A stretch of DNA of 64,000 bases, taken from Schmidtea nova (taxonomy: Eukaryota). Each line of letters starts with the position of its first letter. Position 1 is the stretch's first letter. This document shows, in pieces, positions 55,351 to 64,000 of the stretch. Under the pieces are notes generated by a model. The model was not told the DNA's origin. It saw only the letters and a program-made list of their open reading frames with translations, and made no database searches. The position numbers and the translations under genes were made by a program. The DNA lies in the NCBI GenBank assembly GCA_044892505.1, contig CM097883.1:286006001-286070000 (forward strand), read 5' to 3'.

Positions 55351-56123
55351 AAGTAATAAATAATAAGAGAGCCTTTGAATATCACTGATAATATGAATAT
55401 TAAATCGTAATCGGATAATTCGAAACTATATATATACACACAGTTAACCTTGTTAATTCAAAATGCTGGGGACCAAAATTTTACTTCGAATTATATATAA
55501 AATAAATTGATTTTAACTTAAAATATACACTTGTTAAAGGCTGTGCCGAAATATTGTGGTATTGTTTATAAAAAAAATTTTGATCTAATCATTATGGGAA
55601 TTATTGATAATAATAATAATAAAAGATCAAAGGTGAAAAAAGTATGACATTAAAATATTAAATAAATTTAAAATATGCTAAAATAGCTTAACATTGTTAA
55701 AAACATAATAAATAGTTATTACTCACCAACTGCTAGTAATATATTTATTGGTCGCCCTTAATTACAGACAGTTGGTGTATTAAGATTTAATAAAAAAATA
55801 TTTTTAGAAATGCAGAAAAGGAAATTATTATGTCTCAGCCTCCCAAACCTGTAGAAGGAAAACATCGAAAAACGTTAAATAAATTTGAATTTTTAGCTTA
55901 AATTTAATATAAATATACAATACATCACAAAATATTATTAATTAAAGTAATGAAACGGGTGAAGATTATCACCAATTAGATCGAAAAATGGGTTTAGAAC
56001 CTAAAAGTGTCCGAAACAAAGTTAAAGGTAGAAAAAACTGATCCTGTAAAAGGTTATTTTAAATTCTTTATTCAAAGAATAAATCTTGGAGGACATGTAA
56101 ATAAGAACGTAATTTTATTGTCA

Positions 56124-56155
<32 letters not shown>

Positions 56156-56683
56156 CTTACATTTTTCAGTATTTCATCAATATCTAAAAATTATATAAAA
56201 TAAATTGATATTTAACTTTAAATATTAAATAATTTAAAATATGCTAAAATAGCTTTAAAATGGTTAACAAATTAGAGTTATTAATTTTTAAAACAAAGAA
56301 ATAGAATTCTAGAATTAAAATACAAAAGATTTTTGAAATAAGAAATATTCCAAATATCCAAAATTTTGTGACTGGAAAACCTCAAATATTTTTTTTATAA
56401 ATTTTATTTAATTAGAATATAATTTAATTATTAAATTAATAATATTTAAATTCAAAAAATTCTCTAATAAAATGATTTGGAATAAATTAATAGTCAAATG
56501 ATTACATCTGAATGCACAAAACTTAGTCAACAACAAACCTTAAAAGCTTTTAAATTTTATGTAAGTTTTTCTCAAAGAATGTGCTACCAAAAGCTACAAG
56601 TGTACCACATAATTCTTAAAAATTAAATCAAATCGATATCTTACCTCAATGCAGCTGTGAGTGTTGTAAGAAAATCATAGCCT

Positions 56684-58750
56684 TGTTGGGAAGTATGGGT
56701 GTTGTTAAAAAATTTATTATTGATTCTAGGGATTGACACAGCCCATACCACAACACAAATGTTATCTACCACCCCCATGTAACCATAGTTACTACTCGGT
56801 AAGCTATGTTGGTAATGTACATGGTGGCCAGAATCCAGTGAGCAGGTGAGCTCCGTTGCCGAAACTACTCCTCACAGTATCCTCTCTTTCGGGTTCCTGC
56901 TGCCGATAGAAGGTCTTACACATCACTCTCTACTCTCTATTTCCAATGGTCCTTTAAATTTATCCAGTCTCGATCTACAACCATTACACTTTCTTACCCA
57001 TCATCTATTTATCCCAAAAATACATCTCAACCACCCTCCTAAATCATAACTTTCCTTCGCCATCCTATATAATTTAATGATACAATGGCCCGGAGGAACT
57101 GATCTTCCGGTCCAGCAAATTCCGAACCATCGGAGTCATCGGGACTGGTAAGTCAACCAAGCCTCTCTTAAAATTAGTTTAATCTGGACAAATCAATTGA
57201 ACAAGGGAAAACAAATTTATCGTTAAATTAAAATATTTATTATGAATTACAATTTACAAAAATAAAGCATACTAATTTCAACAAACTTAAAAAATATAAA
57301 TATAATAAAAACATACTTGATACAAATGTACCCACAATAGAATATAAAAATTACTGAACGGTGCTGGTTGGCAGAATTAAAATTTTTCTGTGTTTAAAAA
57401 TGTTCTTGTGTCCAAAAATTTTTCAGCGTTAAAAGAGTTAAAATTATGATTTTTCAGCGCCTATTTATATTATTTTGAGTGACTGTGTGCCTACTGCCGA
57501 TACGGGGTTGCTACACAAATTTTCTATCTCCAATTCTTTAGGTGAGAGAATTTGTGTTTGTATGCGTTGAATTTTCTACCACTTTACCGACTCCCAACAC
57601 CAGTCACTCGGACACTACGTGTACACCCACTCGTTCACTTCTGCGAGGCAACATGCACGTATTTTCCAAAATTTTTTATGTTACTATTTTTAGTAACATT
57701 CTTCTAAAATTAATGAAGGAGTCATTAATTGTTAACCTTGTTTAATGATTAAATTATTTAGTTAAAACAAAGGTAATTTACTTCAATTTTATTTATTTAT
57801 TCTTGTAAAATTTGTTTTATAATTTATTTTATTTATTTCAAAATATTTTTTATGCTTTTTGTTGTCTTTTCTTTCAGTCTTTTTGTTTCTTGTATTGCAG
57901 CAATAAATTGCTTTTCAAATCCGGTTATTATTTTTGTCTCATGATTTCTTGTTGATACTTGAGATCTATTAACAGTATAATAGTCAACTGTGTCACCTTG
58001 CATTTAGTTTCTTCAATTAGGTCGTTTTGTATTCTCTTCAGATTGTGTACTTGCTTTACCAGTTTGTTGATTCCATTATTTTGCTATTCTTTTAGGTCCA
58101 ATTTTGTTTTCCTTGACTTGCGTATTATTCGTGGTTTACTGTCACCTGATTTCTTGTTTTGGTACACTGAAATGCCAAATGTACTTTCTGCCCGCATACA
58201 TACTGAAGCGTCTCCTTGATTTGTTCTCTCTTTGAATTGTCTTGAAACACTTGATTTTCCGAATACATTCTTGCTTGTTGGTCATTGTTATCACTGCATT
58301 CGTATTGCTTCGCTTCTTTCATTTTCGTTACGATTTCGTTAGTAATATTGTCTTTTGAATGTTTCGTTTCTTGATGTTTCTTGAGATCCCACTTGTCCCT
58401 TTTTTCCACAGTTGTAACCTTCATGAATTCCACATGCATTCTTTCTGTGTCCTTTTGTTCCACATTTGGTGCATATTTTATTTTCGAAACAATTTATTTC
58501 TAAGTATCCTTGTTTTTGGCAACATTTACAACAAACTTTATCAGTTTCCATATATGACTAACTAAATTAAACTTTAGATGTAAATATTTCATTTTTACTA
58601 TAACTACAAAAATTTACACTGACCTACTTAATTTTGACTTTTAATTTAACCTTGACCTACTTTTTAACCTCAAATCAACCTTTTGACCTTAGTTTAACTT
58701 TAAAATGATCTTGACCGATTTTTGTTCTTAAATTGATGTTAAATTTGTTG
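56684..58750 (-). mobile_element. Heavily deleted third relative of the giant LTR element
   Basis: Minus strand has GTAAGACCTTCTATCGGCAGC...GAGCTCACCTGC...ATCCCTAGA...CCCAACA (LTR 3' end at 56684), decayed triple knuckle with the same 5/4 aa spacing (58339-58551), and GGTCAA repeats at ~58620-58720. Confidence 0.7.
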
Positions 58751-59799
58751 GGATTGTCTAGATTGGTGTAAAAATAAAGTGAAATACACAGAAAGTTGTG
58801 TGTGGATTTATAAAAAGAGTAATTTCGTAAAAGTTTAACAACAAAAAGTAAAGTACAAAAATTAATTAAAATTTAGAAAAATTACAAATTAACATTTTCC
58901 GGATGATATGGGTATAAGCCGAAGCCAAAAAAGGAGACAAAAGCAGATATAGTAATATAAAATCAATAAAAAGCCCCAGACAAAGATGATAATAAAATAA
59001 AAATTAATTAAAAATAATAAATCAACTCATTTGGCTAATTGGAAACTCAATCTAATGGGAAACCCGAGATAATGGAAAGCGGTTAATAAACTAATAAAAT
59101 TAAAGTGATTAAGGAAAATAATAAAATAAGGAGATTTAGGTGGGCGAAAACAATAATTGAAAGAGGTCGATTATTGAATTTCTTTAAGAAGATTCCTGAA
59201 AATCCATAATATAATTATTGTTTTAGAAAGCCGTATATAAAGGATTTCAAAGTTTGCAAATTACCAGTTAAGCCGAAGATAAATTTTCGTAGTGATTCAG
59301 TAAATTCCAAAAAGATTAGTAAGAGTTGAACATATAAAAAATATCAGCTACATAAAATAAATTATTGCGTACCAAAAACGGTATCTCCTGTTGGAAGACT
59401 TACCTCTAACGCATGAAAAGTATTGAAAATTAAAAAGTGTTATTACAATTTTAGATTTAGTGTTGAACTCAAATAAAATTTATCCTGTTGGTTGACTTTA
59501 ATTGATTTTAAATAAGAGCACGGGCAGTCAAAAATTTATGCCGACTTAAAAATAAACCCAAAAAATTACCTACTTCTTGGTTACCATAGCAATCAAACTT
59601 TTGGAATGACGACTAGTAACGAACTTTTTTAGTGTGTAGACTTGAAATATCAACATACTCATAAAATTGAAATAACACATATTAAAGCAATAACATAAAA
59701 TCACAACTTTCTTTCCGTCTTACAAATCAAACCTAGGAGAGATCGACTACATTTTAAGGACCTTCGGATTAAATCATTCTCCATTTAAACATTTTATAG

Positions 59800-61100
59800 T
59801 TGTACATAGTCACTTGATTGAAGGTGTTCATTTATTTATGCTCAAAATTGTGGAATTCTTTTACACGAGAAGTTTCTGGACAGAGTTAAATCCCGTATTT
59901 TTACGATATCCAGAGAAAAACAAGAGCGTAATGGGACTTAGCATCCACAGTTTTAACTTAATATAGAAGTAGTTTACTTTTATGAAGTTGAATTTGTCTA
60001 CCTAGCCCAGAGGATTTTCTAGTTTCATAATCATTGGCAATGCGCTGCATGACTTAAAAGAACCTTTCATTAAATGTTAAATTTGTGCAAATGTTGAAAC
60101 ACTTGGCAAGGTATTTTACCAGTGAAACTTGATCAGGTTTTTCGTATGTAATGTTACTAAGATTGACTTTCATAATATGTCCATTTCTTCGAAGTTTGTA
60201 AAGAGTTTTTGTACTGCGAGTAATGTCAAGATCTCCAAGAAAATTACACAGTTCTGAGAATATGAATTATATGCCTTGATCACTATAGACTGCAACAGTA
60301 TTCCTAGTAAAGGTAAAATGTTTTGAAAGCTTGCAAATTAAGGTTGAAATAAATATGTCACTGTAAGCAAAAGCAAATGGGTATATAGAAAATTTGTCAA
60401 TCATCATCAACAAATATTTTTTCCCGGAAATTGAGATGTTGGGACAAACAAAGTCAAAGGAGATTCTTTTGAAAAAATGAGTATTGTGAATCACTTTTAC
60501 TCCAATAGGACGATAAAATCGAAAATTTATTTTAGTACAGTCTCTTTTCACACTATACATCTTCCACTCTAAAAGAAAAACTTTTAAATTAAATATAATT
60601 ACTAAGCTTTTTCACTCCAGGATGGCACATATACTGATGCATTTCTTTTAATCTAAGATTGTTAGTTATTCCCAAGTTTAAGAGTGTATTGAACTTGAGT
60701 ATTGTATTTTTCAGGACAGTGTTGAATAGTGTACTTGTTTTCACATAACTCTACTCTCCATCTAAACCTTTTGGTAGTTGAAAATAAAACTAACAAACTC
60801 TCGATGATTCAAAGAAGAAACTATTTACAAACTAGCCAAAGACGCCGTTTAATTAAAGCTATCACTGCTACTTAGACTCTATATTCTACAGATAGATACT
60901 TTTGTGGAAGCAAGAAGTTGTTGCGTTATTAATTAACAAATCAATTATTCCCTGACTCCTCGTGATCTTTCTTTATAAATCAATTGACAAAACCCAGCAC
61001 AGAATAAGTTTTGCTTTTTTTTGTATTGTTGTGTTGCTGTACCTTGTCTTTCAACAGCTCCGTTTTTTATACTGGTATTGTCAAAGCATAATAATCGCTC
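59800..61100 (-). pseudogene. Decayed gypsy pol (integrase core clearest)
   Basis: RISFDFVCP...GKKYLLMMIDKFSIYPFAF...VYSDQG at 60267-60560. Confidence 0.65.
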
Positions 61101-61970
61101 TTTGACAATTAATTCCGTAGTTCCGAAGCGATTTGTCAGGCCTCCCCTTGGGATTACTTCCTCTAAATGACATTAATCATTTTATTACTACCTGGGTTTC
61201 TTATACTGCTCGGCTTCTTTTAAATCTCCGGTTTCCTACAGCGCTTCTCAGTAGCTCAGGTTTTCCAGTGGCTCGGGCTTCTTATTAGGGAATAAATTAA
61301 CTTTAATAAATTTTCTTTACTACTTTCCTTGGGGATCCTTCTATAAACCTTCATTATTATATTTAGGTTCGTCTCTCAATTCCGCGTTCACCCATTTCTG
61401 TTATCCCCTGAAATTATTATTTTTTGATTTTTCTAATATTTTAATCAATTTTTGTACCTTAAATATTTTGATACTTTTAAACGTTGCTTTCTTCGCTTTT
61501 ATTTATATCATTTTTTATCAACCCGAATAAAGCAATCTTGAAAAGTAGGTAATGGATCTTTTATTTTGTAGGAGAACTGTAGCATTAGTGATATTAAAAG
61601 CAACAGCTTCTATTTTGAAAAATGAGTTTTCACCAATACTACAGAGAGAAACATTCATAAGTGAAGCTTTCAAAAATTTAAGACAAAGACTCAATTTTTG
61701 TTTTTTAAAATAAAGTGATGAGAACATTTTTAATAAATAAATAAATATGTGACAATCAACTCTTTCTCAAAGTTGCACACGAAAAATATTTAAAAAGCGC
61801 ATATGAAATTTCTTTTAGTTCACAATTTTATTATATATATATATATATATGAATTTGATTAAAACAAGACATAGAAATAAATTAAAGTCGGTCATTTAGG
61901 GTGCTTATTATTAATAAAAACAAATTTTGTAGGGAAATTATATTGATCTGAATAAATTATGCCTATATTG

Positions 61971-62219
61971 CAGCGGTCGGGGAACTTTTTTAACCATTAC
62001 CCCAAAATATTTTTGCGTAAGTCGATTTTATCCCCCCCATTCTGAAAAGAAAACAATCAATGTAAATTTTAAATAAACATTATTTATTAAATTAATTTAC
62101 ATATTTATAAAAAAGTTACATGAAATAACAATTTAAATATTAGAAAAATATCCCTATAACCCAAAAACTTTTCATTTTTACCCCATTTGAGGTAATTTAC
62201 CCCGGTTCCCCGATCGCTG
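61971..62219. mobile_element. Tc1/mariner-type MITE (249 bp)
   Basis: CAGCGGTCGGGGAAC ... GTTCCCCGATCGCTG|TA, 14/15 inverted match; left flank TG rather than TA. Confidence 0.65.
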
Positions 62220-62990
62220 TTATATTGGAAAAACAACAAGGATAAACGACAAAGAATAATTATTTAAGTTAGTTTTAATATTTTGTAATAATAAAATACA
62301 ATTCTCTGATTGGGTCATTTTAATTAATTTTTTTTTAATTTTGGCCAAATCTTTTTTATATCCAGCAAAAATATAACGGAATTAAAATCCACAAAGCCTT
62401 CTTATATTCTTGGTTTTATTAATTAGTATTGGTTGGATTTAACTTTAGTCTCATTCTTCGCGTTCCTTCAATCAAGATTCACAATCCAACAAATAGTAAT
62501 GATTATTTCTTTATAACAAATCCACAAAACATCGACACCAACACTTTCCGAAACTATTATAATCAAGTAAAAACAGAATTGAGATGGCGTTTTAAGATTA
62601 CTTGTTTCTTATTGGTTACATATTAGAAAATTCTCTCCCATCAGGATTGAACCTACTGGCTGTTGCTAACCATAATATCTGAACACTTACCCCTACATAT
62701 TTGATCCGAGTTGTACAAAAATTGTGTGATCGAAGATGTATTGCGGTGCATAGGTCTAAACAGGATTGTGTCTCTTATAATGTATTAATACGATCTAAAT
62801 ACGCTTTAGACTAGTCTACCATTAAAAGCCACATTGAAAATCACATAAAACATTCTAAAATAAATCACATCAGTCAAACATTAGTAATTAAAAACCAAAC
62901 AAACCTTATCCATTATTGTTCATAACTATAATCACCGACAGATGTATGTAAAACATATACAAATACAATAAAAAAATACAAATTATATTG

Positions 62991-64000
62991 ATGTCTTTCA
63001 TTGATTGCAAATCTCTGCCTTTGGATTTAGAAATCCGAGAACTTTTAATAGATTTCACTTTGGAGGCCTTGAAAATCAAACCAGCAAATTTGTTAGAGTT
63101 TTCCGCGAATTATTTTCAAACTATGTTAACCGAAAGAACCGTGGACTTACCAAAATCTTCAATTTTCGACAGAAAATTTGATGTGGCATTTACAAAAAAC
63201 AGATCAAGCATTGATAATTCTGAACATTTGAACGTTGATGAGAAAAGAAGCCGACGTCGTTTTGCTATTTCATCGGAAAGCTGGAGCCCGTACGATATTT
63301 CAGTGAGTTCTAAAGACACGCGCTCAAACACCCTGAAGACAACGACAGAGATTGAGATTTTAAAAAGACTCATTTCAAGAATTACTATTTTCAAAACTTT
63401 AGGCGATGATGAAATTGATGAGGTCATTTTAGCAATGAATATGTTGATTGTTAAAGCCGAAGACGTAATAATCCAACAAGGCGACCCGGGCGACCATTTC
63501 TATGTGATACAATCTGGGATTTTTGATGTTTTTATCAAGAATAAATACAACGCATTAGAACATATAAACACTTATAACAATCAAGGCTCATTTGGAGAGC
63601 TGGCCTTGCTATATAACTCACCAAGATCAGCTACAATTATTGCTCGAACGGCTGGAATACTTTGGTTCATGAATAGGAAAACCTTTAAAACTATTGTAAT
63701 TTTGAAAGCTCACGTAAAAAGACTGACGTACGTAAACTTTATTTCATCTGTGCCACTCTTTGATTCTTTGGCAAACGATGAAAGGCTCCACGTCGCAGAT
63801 GCGATCCACATGAAAACCTATGAAGCTGATTCTGTGATTATTCGCCAAGGAGATGTGGGAAAACACATGTATTTCATTGAAAGCGGAAAAGTAGGGGTTT
63901 ATGTCGATTCGGCAAATGTCCGAAAACAGATTGCGATTCTGGTCAAAGGGCAATATTTTGGTGAACTTTCACTGATGACAAACAAACCCCGAGCTGCGAC
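62991..64000 (+). CDS. PRKAR2: cAMP-dependent protein kinase regulatory subunit (type II-like), 5' part, runs off the window
   Basis: Uninterrupted frame from ATG 62991 (missed by the ORF track because there is no stop in the window): D/D domain LEIRELLIDFTLEALKIKPANLLEFSANYF, inhibitor site RRFAI, PBC-A FGELALLYNSPRSAT, PBC-B FGELSLMTNKPRAA. Confidence 0.92.
   Translation, partial: MSFIDCKSLPLDLEIRELLIDFTLEALKIKPANLLEFSANYFQTMLTERTVDLPKSSIFDRKFDVAFTKNRSSIDNSEHLNVDEKRSRRRFAISSESWSPYDISVSSKDTRSNTLKTTTEIEILKRLISRITIFKTLGDDEIDEVILAMNMLIVKAEDVIIQQGDPGDHFYVIQSGIFDVFIKNKYNALEHINTYNNQGSFGELALLYNSPRSATIIARTAGILWFMNRKTFKTIVILKAHVKRLTYVNFISSVPLFDSLANDERLHVADAIHMKTYEADSVIIRQGDVGKHMYFIESGKVGVYVDSANVRKQIAILVKGQYFGELSLMTNKPRAA

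Noticed and set aside
59800-61100. Minus-strand pol relic as part of the 56.7-58.7 kb giant-element remnant
   Set aside because: It is upstream of that gag on the minus strand (wrong order) and heavily decayed; more likely a separate gypsy insertion.
1-64000. Prokaryotic origin implied by TTG/GTG ORF starts in the track
   Set aside because: GT-AG introns, eukaryotic transposon families and a PKA regulatory subunit indicate a eukaryote; many listed starts are not real.

Overview
AT-rich eukaryotic (invertebrate-like; a triclad flatworm is plausible but not proven) repeat-dense window. It is dominated by one young 24.8 kb LTR element (15295-40131) with 2.8 kb near-identical LTRs, a TTAT target-site duplication and a tRNA-Pro-type PBS. 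The element encodes Ty3/gypsy-type Gag and a retropepsin, but I find no reverse transcriptase, RNase H or integrase. Instead its long polyprotein (three ORFs apparently joined by -1 shifts) reads Gag - ubiquitin-like modules - Bcl-2-like - internal signal peptide + chuvirus/gB-like glycoprotein - protease - IkB-like ankyrins. Separate ORFs encode an IAP-type RING protein, an FN3-like membrane protein, a full-length TRAF, coiled-coil proteins and a small membrane protein. Most accessory ORFs sit 1-3 nt behind a splice-acceptor-like TAG. Each LTR encodes a basic-motif protein and carries arrays of covarying hairpins, which are conserved in a divergent solo LTR (9223-12386); a third LTR remnant lies on the minus strand (~56.7 kb). 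The rest is DNA-transposon and retroelement debris (hAT, Tc1, Chapaev3-like, pogo/Tigger, a nearly intact piggyBac, MITEs, Penelope, gypsy), one N gap, and the 5' part of an intronless PKA regulatory subunit gene at the right edge. All family assignments are by-eye motif recognition and alignments; no searches were run.
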